DNA of 64,000 nucleotides from contig NC_043008.1 in the NCBI RefSeq assembly GCF_006345805.1, forward strand, positions 50,902,001-50,966,000, in the 5' to 3' direction. Both the position numbers and the translations under genes were made by a program. Below, piece after piece: positions 38,670 through 51,890 of this stretch (position 1 is its first letter; each line of letters opens with the position of its first letter). The notes under the pieces are model-generated. The model worked only from the letters and a program-made list of their open reading frames with translations, was not told where the DNA came from and made no database searches. Source of the DNA: Octopus sinensis (Eukaryota).

Positions 38670-38785
38670 TACATACATACATACATACATACATACAGAA
38701 ATATATGAAAACACACACATGTATGTTTACAAAGAGAGAGAGAGAGAAAGAGAAAGACAGAAATATGTGAACGCACTCTTTCACC

Positions 38786-38820
<35 letters not shown>

Positions 38821-39155
38821 ACTCTCTCTTATTCTTTCTCTCTCTCTATATATATATATATACGCATATACGCTCACACACGCACAGGTATTTCTGTGGT
38901 GCAGTTACCATCTTGATGCTGTCTTCACACAACATTCCACGCCAATAGCGTTGAAGAACTCTAATTATCCATGCATGAACGATTCTCTTCTCGACTGAGT
39001 ATAATTCGAAATACAACACAATGTTGCACATCGTGTGTGCGTGCGTGTGTGCGATCGTGTGTGTGCGTGTGTGTAAACCTGTTATTTTACAGATACGTAA
39101 CGTACTTCTATAATCTTTTTATATAGTTATTCTTCACCTTATACTTACATACAAC

Positions 39156-39633
39156 ATGCCCAACCACCTCCCAAAAACGGTCAATGAGAAAACCCTACTA
39201 GTATCCTTCGACGTGATTAACCTATATTCAACGCCCCACAATCACATTCAGGTTAGACAACTATACCAATGAACTCCCCTCTCGCACCAAAAAAGAACTC
39301 ATAATAGAAGGACTAAGATTTATCCTAGAGAACAATTATTTTATATTTAATAATGACTACTTCCGACAAAAATCGGGGACAGCAATGGGAACACGGACTG
39401 CACCGTCTTTTGCAAACCTGGTAATGGGCTATCTCCAAATTAAACAATACCAGAAAACACTCGAGAAATATGGAGACTCCTTTTCAACCTGCATTCAAAG
39501 CAACTAGAAAAAATATCTTGATGACTGCTTAATCCTCTGAAATGAAAGTGTAAAAAGGCTTAATGAATTCACAACACTTCTCAATGGAATAAATGAAAAT
39601 CTCCAATATACGATAGAGTATAATCAGGAACAG
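39156..39633 (+). pseudogene. Penelope-like element reverse transcriptase core fragment
   Basis: LLVSFDVINLYS...FILENNYFIFNNDYFRQKSGTAMGTRTAPSFANLVMGYL...KYLDDCLIL...LNGINENLQYTIE, with stops and a frameshift. Confidence 0.88.
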
Positions 39634-40764
39634 GAGAGTCCATCATCGTTTGGAAGCATCATTAGAGCGTTGAAAAAATTGCTTCCCGGTATTCCCTCCT
39701 CGCTACATTCTGAGTTCAAATGCCGCTGAGGTCAAGTTTGTCTTTCATTTTCTCAAGATCGATCATCTCATATGTATTCTTTTCAGCACAGAAGCCATCA
39801 TTTTCTTCTGGAGTGTTCGTTTCTCACAAACAATTTTCTGAAGAAATATTTGTACTGTAGTGTTTGCCCTCTCAAGCAGGATATCCTTTTCCATTAAATT
39901 CATTTCTCATGTCGCACAGTTGATTTTCTTTTATTTTCTTTTTCCTGTTGATTTCGCGTTCGAAATTAACCAGCCTCTACCTGTCCTAACTTCGCTACAG
40001 TTTATCATTTCGCCATTTCATCATATTATTGTTTTCCAACATCACCTTCAAACAAAGTTTCTATCAAATTTTCCTCCTTGTAGCTTAAGCAGATAACATT
40101 ATTAATACCGCAGAGAATCTATATTCGTTTCCTTTTCCTAAATTCAGTTTATTTGCCTTTTTTTTGAAAGCCCTATTCGATTGAAACCAATGCTGGAACC
40201 GAAGTTATCTCCATGTTTGTTTTACCATTGAGCGGAAGTCACTCTAGCTTCCGGTTTAATAAAACTATGGCGGAAGTTTAGGAGAAAGATACACAATATA
40301 TTATTGTTGAGCCATAAAAAAAAACAATTCTTTGGAATAGCTGTGATGGGAACGGAACGTGTGTGTGTGTGTATGCGTGCATGAACGTATTTATGAATGT
40401 GTGTGTGTGTCTGTCTGTCTGATTGTCTACATGTATGTGTGTATGCATGAAAATGTGTCTGTCTGCATTTATATGTGTATGTATGCATGTGTATGCGTGC
40501 ATATGCGTGCATATGCATATATATATATATATAAGTATATATATATATGTATGTGTGTGTGTATGCATGTAAGTATATTCTTTTATTCTTTTACTTGTTT
40601 CAGTCACTTGACTGCGGCCATACTGGAGCATCGCCTTGAAATATTTGGGCTCGTTCATATATTTATGACTTTATTGTTTTTATTAGAGTTCTCATAGAAT
40701 AAGGAAACTGGTTTCTAACAAAGAAATAGAAATTCCATCGCTGGAATCTGGACAGCAACAATGA

Positions 40765-41090
40765 TGATAATTGTCACGAATTGAACATTAAGAGAGTCTT
40801 GCATGTTTTTATTGTACCACTTACAGATTGTATTAGTAAAGTATATGTTGGTCTCTCTCTCTCTTTGCTTGAAGACCCTAACTTTTCTAAATTGTCCTTT
40901 ATACATTTATTAACAAATCCACGTGCGCCAATAATTATTGGTATAAATGTAAATTTATAATCAGAGTAGAGGGCGTACAAATTTCGACGCAGTTGTAAAG
41001 GGCAGCTAACTGCTATGACAGTGCGCGACTTATTTTTCTGTCTCTAATAACTATGTCAGGTCTTTTATGTTTGCACCTACTAAAGGCTGT
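40765..41090 (-). pseudogene. Restriction-like endonuclease C-terminus of an R4/Dong-like non-LTR retrotransposon
   Basis: CKHKRPDIVIRDRK (PD motif) ... YKFTFIPIIIGARGFV...NLEKLG...SVSGTIKTCKT. The clade assignment is tentative. Confidence 0.65.
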
Positions 41091-41718
41091 CATGAAAATA
41101 TGGAAATATGCCACAAATATCTGTCCGTCCGTTCGTACGTTTGTCTCTGTGTGTGTTGTTGTATGTACTGATATGTCCTCTCCTATTTTTAATAATTTGA
41201 ATTCTACAAGGAAGGAACTGGTTTCTGAGAGAATTACAAAGGCCCATTGCTGGGATATAAATAGCAAAGAAAAGAAAAAAGCTACATTTTGACCTTGAGA
41301 AAAGTCATGCATACTTTCACTGCTCCGCTAAGGATTGGACGTCTTCTATCTTTTCTCTTTCTAAAGAAAATCTTTCTCCCAGCGTTCACCATTTTCCTTT
41401 CGTCCTGGTCTAACGACCTTCCATGTTTGTTTTTGTTCGGTTTCCTTGTATGTCTCCACTGTCTTGTTTTTGTTCCCATCTTTGACCATTCGCAAATCCA
41501 AAATTTTATTTTGGAATTTATGGGAGCAACTGTTTTCGAAGACCCAGACTGTCATTTTTAAATGCTCGAAATGAGGAGGAGATAGACAGCCGACAACTGA
41601 TGAAGGGTTGTTATCTATGTTACTTATCCTGTTTTCCAATTTTTCTCTCGTTGTTTGCGTATTTAACTCGTTTGTCTTCGTACTTCATGTTGTTTACAAA
41701 ACTGGTGACGTCCGGTAC

Positions 41719-41807
<89 letters not shown>

Positions 41808-41890
41808 GTGGCTAATAAAGAAACACACACACATATATATATTTATATATACATATACATATATATATGTGTATGTGTGTATATATATTT

Positions 41891-41939
<49 letters not shown>

Positions 41940-42637
41940 GCACATATATATGCACATATATATGTATACATACATACATACATCCATACATACACTCTTC
42001 CTCACACACACATATGTACATATCTACAACATACCACAATGACATACACACTACACACATCTCATACACACTCTGATTGGCAGATATCGGCTTAATTTCT
42101 CCTTCTCCCAAAGAAATACGAATAACGCCATCTGTTGACGGATTAGTAACAGTAGATTAGCGATATCCGCTATAGCCGTAGAAGATATCAGTTTTCATTA
42201 GAAGCTCCAATGATTGCTAAGCTACTTTAAAAGTCCTGATTAGAATGATTACAAAGTTGTATTAATAGTAACTCTAATTAACAGATCAAAGCTAGGCATC
42301 ATTAATTTGTATATCATCAGGACGAACCCAACCATGCCATCTCCTCCTTACTCACCCTCTCCACCCAGAGTTCCGCATCTACCATCTACCTCTAGAGAGG
42401 TCTATCTCTTTGTGTGTGTGTGTGTGAGTGTGTGTGTGTGAGTGTGTGTGTGAGTGTGTGTGTGAGTGTGTGTGTGAGTGTGTGTGTGTGTGTATGTGTG
42501 TGTGTGTGTGAGTGTGTGTGTGTGAGTGTGTGTGTGTGTGAGTGTGTGTGTGTGAGTGTGTGTGTGAGTGTGTGTGTGAGTGTGTGTGTGTGTGTGTATG
42601 TGTGTGTGTGTGTGTGAGTGTGTGTGTGAGTGTGTGT

Positions 42638-42675
<38 letters not shown>

Positions 42676-42930
42676 GTGTGTGTGTAAGCTGGTTTGTCTT
42701 TCCCTGGGTCCTTTCTAACGAAGATTACCAAAGTTGACAAATGCACTGTTCATTGTATTACCGAAACACGTATATGCACACATATGCATTCGCTTGCACA
42801 CACACACGCACACGCGTATATGCAGCTGTATACTCTTATGCAGCATTTGTGTGCATATGTATGTATGTATGCATGTATGTAATAAAAAAATGATGTATGT
42901 ATGTATGTATATATATTTATATATATATGC

Positions 42931-42993
<63 letters not shown>

Positions 42994-43583
42994 GTATGTA
43001 TGTATATATATTGTATTACCTTCGATAATGATAGCAATATTAATATCTTATGAATATTCTCGTCTGGATATTTTGCAGCTGATTAATACCTTTCACAAAG
43101 AGGCTGCCCGAATTTCGGCGCTGCATTATAGGAACGAAAACAAAGCATCACCGGTTGTCAAGCGTCGGTGGAGACAAACGCATGCACGAAGACACACACT
43201 CACACACACATTTATATAGGACAAGCTTCCACACAGTTTCTTATTTCTTTACTGACAACAAGGGGGCTACACACAGAGGGGTCAAACAACCCTTCTTGCA
43301 CACGGTTTCTATCTACCAAATTCACTCACAAGGTTTTGGTCTGCCCAGGGGTTATAGTAGAAGGCATTTGCTCCGGGTGCCATGTAATGGGATTGAACCC
43401 GTGGCTACGTGGCTACGTGGCTACGTGGCTACAAAGCGAGTTTCTTAAACACACAGCCACACCTGAACCCAATTAAGGTGTCTACAAGGTGAAGGAACTC
43501 TATAATGCTATTTCAATTAGTTTTGTTTTTGTTGCTGTTGTTGTTAGGTTTGTTAAGATTTTTGCCCTCGTTTCAGATTTTGG

Positions 43584-43669
43584 AGATTTCGTAGAGATTT
43601 CGTAGAGATTTCGTAGAGATTTCGTAGAGATTTCGTAGAGATTTCGTAGAGATTTCGTAGAGATTTCGT
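43584..43669. repeat. 11-bp minisatellite (AGATTTCGTAG) x ~8
   Basis: Direct inspection. Confidence 0.95.
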
Positions 43670-43809
43670 TGTAGATCAGTCATGCGCAAAATGCGGCCCG
43701 CGGGACTTTCTGAATGGCTCGCCTAACGAAAAATTAGCCTGAATTTTTTTATGGTGCAGCTCGTCTGATTATGAGACATGTCGCGAGCGGCGATTTTCTC
43801 GAAAAAAGT

Positions 43810-44007
43810 TGCTCCTTGGGCTTAAGTACTCCTGCTCCTTGCTCCTTGGTCTTGAGTACTCCTGCTCCTTGCTCCTTGGTCTTGAGTACTCCTGCTCCTT
43901 GCTCCTTGGTCTTAAGTACTCCTGCTCCTTGCTCCTTGGTTTTAAGTACTCCTGCTCCTTGCTCCTTGGTCTTAAGTACTCCTGCTCCTTGGTCTTAAGT
44001 ACTCCTG
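43810..44007. repeat. 30-bp minisatellite x ~6 (GCTCCTTGCTCCTTGGTCTTRAGTACTCCT)
   Basis: Direct inspection; produces the (LVLSTPAPCS)n pseudo-ORF. Confidence 0.95.
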
Positions 44008-44187
44008 TCTGTCACGTAGGAGACCGGCGTTCGATTCCCATCTCCACCTCGAGGAGACACATTACAAAATGTGTCTCCATTACAAAATGTGTCTCCCCGT
44101 CCGAGGTGGGAGACACGTTTTGTAATGGCGGTGCCCCAGCATGGCCAGAGCCTCTAGCTGAAACTGATTATAAGATAACAGAATAAT
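43985..44187 (+). mobile_element. tRNA-Asp(GTC)-derived SINE-like element
   Basis: AGTACTCCTGTCTGTCACGTAGGAGACCGGCGTTCGATTCCC resembles the tRNA-Asp anticodon and T arms. The tail GGCGGTGCCCCAGCATGGCC is shared with family A. Confidence 0.6.
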
Positions 44188-44564
44188 GCCTGCCCTAGAT
44201 TTTGGTGAGTGCAGCGCTTCCTTCCGGCCATAATTGTTTTCTGGGTGTATGTTTGTAATTTTTGTCAAGTTCTGGCGTTTTTGGACGTTTTTCAAATTGA
44301 TATTATTGCTAGCTGACCCGTGAGCGTGTGCGTATGTCATGCGTGCGTGGGTGTATACTATATGTATGCTATGTGTGTTTTAAATGGTTGTTTTAGTACA
44401 GCAGAGCAGATATAACTTTCCAAGTTTGGTGCTGTTGGTGTTGTAGGTGGCGTTGGCGTATGCCTGGTAGCAGCAGATGTTGGTTTGAAGCAGTTTAATG
44501 ACTAACACGTGTCTGGTTGTGAGTGAGGCTGTGTGGAAGTGTAAACATGACACAGCCAACCATG

Positions 44565-44965
44565 TGTGTGTATGTATGTATGTATGTATGTATGTATGTA
44601 TGTATGTATGTATGTATGTATGTATGTATGTATGTATGTATGTATGTATGTACGTACGTATGTATGTATGTATGTATGTATGTATGAATATGCGTATGTA
44701 TGTATGTATGAATGCACGTATGTATGTATGAATATGTGTATGTATGTGTGTATGTATGTATGTATGTATGAATGTATGTATGTATGTATGAATATGCGTA
44801 TGTATGTATGTATGTATGTGTGTATGTATGTATGTATGTATGTATGTATGAATATGCGTATGTATGTATGTATGTATGTATGTATGTATGTATGTATGTA
44901 TGTATGTATTTATGTATGTATGTATGTATGTATGTATGTATGTATGTATGTATGTATGTACGTAT
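44565..44965. repeat. (TATG)n microsatellite
   Basis: Direct inspection. Similar tracts at 38470-38700 and 60325-60460; (TG/AG) tract at 42411-42685. Confidence 0.95.
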
Positions 44966-47236
44966 GCATGCGTGAGTGTGTGTGATTATATGATGTGTAT
45001 TGCAGGCAATGTGTATAGAATGAAAACATCTGCCCGGTGAAGAGGTGAAGCGAATGCTCTTCATCGACTGCAAAATGCAACAGATAAATAAACAAAACGT
45101 ATTAAAATAAATAAAATAAATACGAAAGTTTAAAACATGAAATTTACCAGTCACGTGATGTGAACTGACCTGAATAATGGTTTTGCCGCGTTGTTATTAT
45201 TGTTACTGTCATAAGGCGGCGAGCTGGCAGAATCGTTAGCACGCCGGGCGAAATGCTTAGCAAGTATTTCGTCTGCCGCTATGTTCTGAGTTCAAATCCC
45301 GCCGAGGTTGACTTTGTCTTTTATCCTTTCGGAATTGATAAAACAAATACCAGTCAAACACTGGGGGTCAATATAATCAACCTACCTCTCCCCGGAAATT
45401 GCTTGCCTTGTGCCAAAATTTGAAGCCAATATCTTCGTAGTCATAAAGATTGGCCGAATCGTTAGCATCCCGGACAAAATGCTTTGCAACATCACCGAGG
45501 TATTTTATAGAACCTTCTTCCAGAATTCCTATTGTTTTCTCCCCATTTACTTGTTTGCCTTTCATCCTTTCAGTGTTGATAAAATAAGTACCACTTGAGG
45601 ATTGGGGTCGATGTAACCGACTAAGCCCCTCCCCTCAAAATTTCAGGTCTTGTGCCTATAGTTGAAAGCGTGAGTTATGGCTGTTGTTTAAGCCTTGGTC
45701 AGCCTTCCTCCAGCAGACTTAGATCAATGGAGCGGCGTTGTTCCAGAAATATACAGCATATTGTGCAGAGACCCAGAAGCGCCGGCCCCCGTAAAAGCGT
45801 CACCCAGGGTGGACCGCCTTAATTCTATAACAATACAACTGAATCCGTAGTTGTCCAACCATGACAGTGTCACCTTGGTACGTGGTACTTCCGACTCGCA
45901 GTACTGAGCTTAGATGGAAAGAGTTCATGGCATATTCCACTTGTACTGCGTCTCTTTTACGACTCGAATTATATATACATCTTGGCTGGAGGTCTTCCAG
46001 GTTTTGAGAACTTAGGTTTAAACCTGTCAAGCATACAGGTAAATCCGGCATTGTCTATCCAGGATTATTGTATCCAATGTGCCCTCATCCCATTTTATAA
46101 ATCTTGCATAGCTTAGCTATTCGTCTCTTGGTCGTCCTGAGATAAGTCTGTCTTAGGATTTAGGTTTCTCATCAGTCCTAGGGCTTATGATGCTTGAGGT
46201 TAACTCGGTTTCCGAAGTGAGTAAGTAACAAAGGTTACAACAGTCCCACCACTCGTGAACGGAGCGCCGATCCATTGCCGGGTGAACTTTCCCAGTTGCT
46301 ATAACAACTCATTTACAGTCGAGTGGACTGTAGCAACGTCAAGTAAAGTGCTTGGCTCAAAAACACAACGTACCACCCGGTCAAGGAATCGAACCAACAG
46401 TCTTACGGTCGTGAGCGCAACACCCTATCTGCAAGGTGTTCATACCCCTACTTCTACAGGACTTACAGGAGTCAAAGCAGCGTAAAGGCCACGCGGTCAG
46501 CTCTATTGATCAGGCTATTCTGGCACGGGTGTGACAAGAACTTCAGTGGTTCTCAACCATGCAGCAAAATAGTAGACTGGGGATCCACACTAGTATTTTA
46601 AGGGCCCCTGAAAAAAAAAAATTACTTTGATGTATGCATTGGTATGTATATATAGCAAGAAACAGCTGGGTTTCTTTTTCTAACATTTTACATGGATCAA
46701 CCTACACAAGTTAACGGGGAGAAAACAATAGGGATTACTCTTTTACTCTTTTTACTCTTTTACTTGTTTCAGTCATTTGACTGCGGCCATGCTGGAGCAC
46801 CGCCTTTAGTCGAACAAATCGACCCCGGGACTTATTCTTTGTAAGCCCAGTACTTATTCTATCGGTCTCTTTTGCCGAACCGCTAAGTGACAGGAACACA
46901 AACACACCAGCATCGGTTGTCAAGCAATGTTAGGGGGACAAACACAGACACACAAACCCACACACACATATATATATACATACATATGACAGGCTTCTTT
47001 CAGTTTCCGTCTACCAAATCCACTCGCAAGGCATTGGTCGGCCCGGGGCTATAGCAGAAGACACTTGCCCAAGATGCCACGCAGTGGGACTGAACCCGGA
47101 ACCATGTGGTTGGTTAGCAAGCTACTTGCCACACAGCCACTCCTGCGCCTGGATTCTGGAAGAAGGTTCTATAAAACTAGTTTTTAAACATCGAAAGGCT
47201 ATGGGGACCCACCCAAGTAAAATAGTAATTAAAGGG

Positions 47237-47934
47237 GTCCCCAAAAGTCAGTGATGGGTCTCAATTCTTAATAACTTCCTTAACTTTACAAATAAATGCA
47301 TGAAATTTTGATACAATATGAAGGACATTGTGGTTATTAATATGCGCAAGTCAAATTTTGAAACACTACTGCATCACACATGAAAAATGATATCGCTTAA
47401 ATGGCAACCATTTTTGGCTTCTCACACCCGTGCTCTTTCCAAAAGTTGCACCATAACACCCCCAAGAGTTTCAGACCCCAACTCTCTGATTTGACTTCGC
47501 TATTAATATTCTCCTTCAGTTGCACCAGGGTCTCCGGTTTGTTGATGTAAACCCTCTCTTTCAGGTATCCCCACAAGAAAAAAATCCGATCTAGTCAAGT
47601 CTGCGGAACGTGAAGGCCAGTTGACATTATTCTCTCAACAAACCGGAGACCGACCCTGGTGCAACTGAAGGAGAACATCAATAGGGAAATCAGAGAAGTG
47701 GGGTCTGAAACTCTTGAAGGTGTTATAGAGAAAGTTTTGGAAAGAGCACGGGCGCGCGAAGCCGAAAATGGCTGCGATGTCATTTGTCATATGTGATGTA
47801 GAGGTTTTGCAAAATATGGGCAGATTAATTTCCATTGTGTCCTTCATATTGTATCAAAATTTCACGCATTTATTTGTAAAGTTAAGGAAGCTATTGAGAA
47901 TTGAGACCCATCACTGACTTTTGGGGACACCATG
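47237..47934. mobile_element. Foldback element made of two inverted 3' ends of a Tc1/mariner-superfamily (maT/rosa-like) transposon
   Basis: Minus strand NWPSRSADLTRSDFFLWGYLKERVYINKPETLVQLKENI; plus strand LVQLKENINREIREVGSETLEGV. Arms are ~300 bp and diverged; the right end is GGGGACACCATG|TA. Confidence 0.75.
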
Positions 47935-47961
47935 TATAGAGTGAAAGCTGATGAATGGAGC

Positions 47962-48556
47962 TAGTAGTAGTAGTAGTAGTAGTAGTAGAAGTGGTGGTGG
48001 TAGTAGTAGTAGAAGTGGTGGTGGTGGTGGTGGGGTGGTAGTAGTGGTAGAAGTGGTGGTGGTGGTAGTAGTAGTAGTAGAAGTGGTGGTGGTGGTGGTA
48101 GTAGTAGTAGTAGATGTAGTGGTGGTAGTAGTAGTAGTAGTAGTAGCAGCAGTGGTGGTGGTGGTGGTGGTGGTGGTGGTGGTGGTAGTAGTAGTAGTGG
48201 TAGTAGTAGTAGTAGAAGTGGTGGTGGTGGTGGTAGTAGTAGTAGTAGATGTAGTGGTAGTAGTAGTAGTAGTAGCAGCAGTGGTGGTGGTGGTGGTGGT
48301 GGTGGTGGTGGTGGTGGTGGTGGGTGGTGGTAGTAGTAGTAGTAGTGGTAGTAGTAGTAGTAGAAGTGGTGGTGGTGGTGGTAGTAGTAGTAGTAGATGT
48401 AGTGGTAGTAGTAGTAGTAGTAGCAGCAGTGGTGGTGGTGGTGGTGGTGGTGGTGGTGGTGGGTGGTGGTGGTAGTAGTAGTAGTAGTAGTGGTAGTAGT
48501 AGTAGTAGAAGTGGTGGTGGTGGTGGTAGTAGTAGTAGTAGTAGTGGTAGTAGCAG
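47962..48556. repeat. Compound (GTA)n/(GTG)n microsatellite with higher-order block duplication
   Basis: The same order of GTAGAA / GTAGAT / GCAGCA interruptions recurs about three times. Confidence 0.9.
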
Positions 48557-48648
48557 CACTATCGTAAATTGCCATGTGTTAAGACTAAACGACTCAAGTT
48601 ATATAACGAAAAGTAAAGCGAGAGGAGGGGTAAGAGGCGAGTGTTGGT

Positions 48649-48686
<38 letters not shown>

Positions 48687-48765
48687 TGTAATTGATGAGG
48701 GAGGGAAGGAAATTAAAGAGGAGTGAGAGAGCGCGCTGACACAACAGTGCAGGGAGCGAGCGAGC

Positions 48766-48819
<54 letters not shown>

Positions 48820-49624
48820 AAGGAGAAGTAGTGGGGGATGCGTTGGTAAAGGGAGGGATAAAGAGAGAGAAAGCAGAAGAATTAAAAGGAGGGCAAGGGA
48901 GAGAGAAGCTAATAAATGGAAAACAGTGATTGACAGATGAGAATAATAAAGAAAGAGAAAGACAGAGAGAAAAACAAAGAGCGAGTGAAAGGGTAAGAGA
49001 GAGAGAGAGAGAGACAAAAGAAAGAAAGAAATATGAGAGGGAGAGCGCAATGATAAAGGGAAGAAAAGACAATAAAAGGGAAAAACAGTTTGATTGACAG
49101 TTGACAGAAAAAAAAACCCAAGAAAACGAAAGCGAGGGACAGAGAGCAAAAGAAATAGAGAAAGAGAGAGAGAAGAGAGAGAGAGAGAGAAGAGAGAAAA
49201 GAGAGAGAGGGGGAGAGAGAGAAAAAGCGGAGACAGAGTGTAAGAAAGAATAAAAGAAATGAGACAGTGAGAGTAAAGGATGGAAAGTAGGTGGAGTATA
49301 CATCAAAAAGTAGGAGGAGAATACTAAAAGGTAGGTCGGTATAACAACTCTACCTCTTTCCTCCCCGTCACTCATTATTTTACCTCCCACCATCTCCCTC
49401 ACACTCTTATTACCATATCTCTCTTTATCATTCATTTACCCTCTCTCACTCATCTTTACTCTCTCGCACCCTCTCACACTATTTATTATTCTTTCTTTTT
49501 TTAATCCTTCCCGGTCGTCTTTTTACGCTCATTCCATTAAATAATCTCTCTCTCTCCTCTTGCGTTTGTCTTTCGCAGCCATTTCTTTATTTATTCTTAT
49601 TGCTTTCTTTGTATTCAAGTTTAC

Positions 49625-50900
49625 TTTCATTCCGCCTGCGCTCGTCCAGTGTCCGGATTTTGCCGACTTGTGGCGCTTTTGTCGAACAGCTGTTGGCACG
49701 CGTGTTGGACGGATCCAGTCACCTATTTCTTTATTACCCACAAGGGGCTAAACACAGAGGGGACAAACAAGGATAGACATAGGTATTAAGTCGATTACAT
49801 CGACCCCAGTGCGTAACTGGTACTTAATTTATCGACCCCGAAAGGATGAAAGGCAAAGTCGACCTCGGCGGAATTTGAACTCACAACGTAACGGCAGCCG
49901 AAATACCTATTTCATTACTAACCACAAAGGGCTAAACACAGAGGGACAACAAGGACAGACATAGTATTAAGTCGATTACATCGACCCCAGTGCGTAACTG
50001 GTACTTAATTTATCGACCCCGAAAGGATGAAAGGCAAAGTCGACCTCGGGAAATTTGACTCACAACGTAACGGCAGCCGAAATACCTATTTCATTACTAC
50101 CCACAAGGGGCTAAACACAGAGGGGACAAACAAGGACAGACCGAGGATTAAGTCGATTACATCGACCCCAGTGCGTAACTGGTACTTAATTTATCGACCC
50201 CGAAAGGATGAAAGGCAAAGTCGACCTCGGCAGAATTTGAACTCACACGTAACGGCAGCCGAAATACCTATTTCATTACTACCCACAAGGGGCTAAACAC
50301 AGAGGGGACAAACAAGGACAGAGACATAGTATTAAGTCGATTACATCGACCCCAGTGCATAACTGGTACTTAATTTATCGACCCCGAAAGGATGAAAGGC
50401 AAAGTCGACCTCGGCAGAATTTGAACTCACAACGTAACGGCAGACGAAATACCTATTTCATTACTACCCACAAGGGGCTAAACATAGAGGGGACAAACAA
50501 GGATAGACAAACGGATTAAGTCGATTACATCGACCCCAGTGCGTAACTGGTACTTAATTTATCGACCCCGAAAGGATGAAAGGTAAAGTCCAGTTACCGG
50601 CCGAATTCAACGTGTGTGTGAATCGCCCTGCCAACTCCTTTTGGCCGGGGAAAGGCAGGCAGTTTTCCTTCCTTCCTCTGATGGCCATGGCGAAAGAGGA
50701 AGTGTGGTGGACAAGGTTGAAAGGACTGAAGACAGATACTTTCCTCTTCGGCCAGGCCCTCATTAACAGTTTTAAGTCCCACTTGAAACGGAAAGTGAGG
50801 GCGAAGGGGAAAGTGCTACACCCCACCCACAAGTATTTTTGCTGAAGGGTGGGCGAATGTGGCGAGGATGGCCTGTGTAAATGGGGCCTACATTGAACAT
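49625..50900 (+). pseudogene. 3' fragment of a Tx1/L1-like LINE ORF2, split by the SINE array
   Basis: ALVQCPDFADLWRF (zf-RVT-like) before the array and AMAKEEVWWTRLKG...FKSHLKRKVR after it. Confidence 0.55.
49724..50588 (-). mobile_element. Headless SINE family M pentamer flanked by a 10-bp TSD
   Basis: About 181-bp period; TSD TCCAGTCACC (49714-49723) / TCCAGTTACC (50589-50598). Confidence 0.8.
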
Positions 50901-51847
50901 ATTCCTGTAGGCCGGATGGGATGAAGAGAGAAGTGCCTGCCTAGGGGTGTCCTTAGCGGTCGAAGTGACCAGGATGTGTGGAGTTCCTTGGTTGGCCTAG
51001 GGTGGAACTCATACCTTTTAGGGAATTGTTTTTTTGTTTAAATTTTGCTTTTGATTTTTCTACATGTTTCAGTCATTTGACTGTGGCCACGCTGGAGCAT
51101 CCCCTTTAGTGGAAGAAATCAACCCCAGGACTTATCCTTTGTAAGCCTAGTACTTATTCTATCGGTGTCTATTGCCGAACTGCTAAGCTCCGGGAATATA
51201 AACACACCAACATCGGTTGACAAGCGATGGTGGGGCGACAAACATAGACACAAAACACACATACATAAATATATATATAATATATATATACATACACACA
51301 CACACATATATATATAAATATATAATATATATATATATATATGTATGGATATATATAATGTGTATATATATATGTATGTATGTATATATATGTATATAAT
51401 ACACACACACACACATATTATATATACACGACGGGCTTCTTTCAGTTTCCGCCTACCAGATCCACTCACAAGGCTTTGGTTGGCCCGAGCCTATTGTAGA
51501 GGTTACTTGCCACGCAGTGGGATTGAACTCGAAACTGCATTGTCTACATTGTTATTGGTTTTGTTGTATCCATGTGTTTTTGTGCTACCCCCACCCACTT
51601 GTCCCCTGCTTTGTATTGCCCTTGTTTGCTTTGTATTCGGCCCTTGTGGCCAATAAGGGAGAGATTATTTATCTCCCTCAAGGTGGCTTGCTGGTAGAAG
51701 CGTTAACCACGACGGACGAAACGTTTAGCGACATTTCTTCCGTAATTGACTAGTTACCTTTCCCCTAAAATTTGGGGCCCCGCGCCTATAGTAGAAATAA
51801 TTATCACTCTCCGTCTGTCTGTCTGTCTGTCTGTCTACTTATCCCTC

Positions 51848-51890
<43 letters not shown>

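Noticed and set aside
41596-41720. CTGATGAAGGG element (also 60567-60688 on the - strand) next to (TA)n
   Set aside because: Probably a pLTR-like repeat, but no GAAAC...UH half was found, so it is not called a ribozyme.
44000-44045. tRNA-Asp gene
   Set aside because: Acceptor stem and D-arm are not intact and it runs into a SINE tail; treated as a SINE head.
43771-44186. Repeat-protein ORFs (LVLSTPAPCS)n
   Set aside because: Product of a 30-bp minisatellite.
47891-49435. Long ORFs (poly-T/H/P/V, Leu/Ser-rich)
   Set aside because: Translations of (GTA/GTG)n and (GA)n microsatellites.
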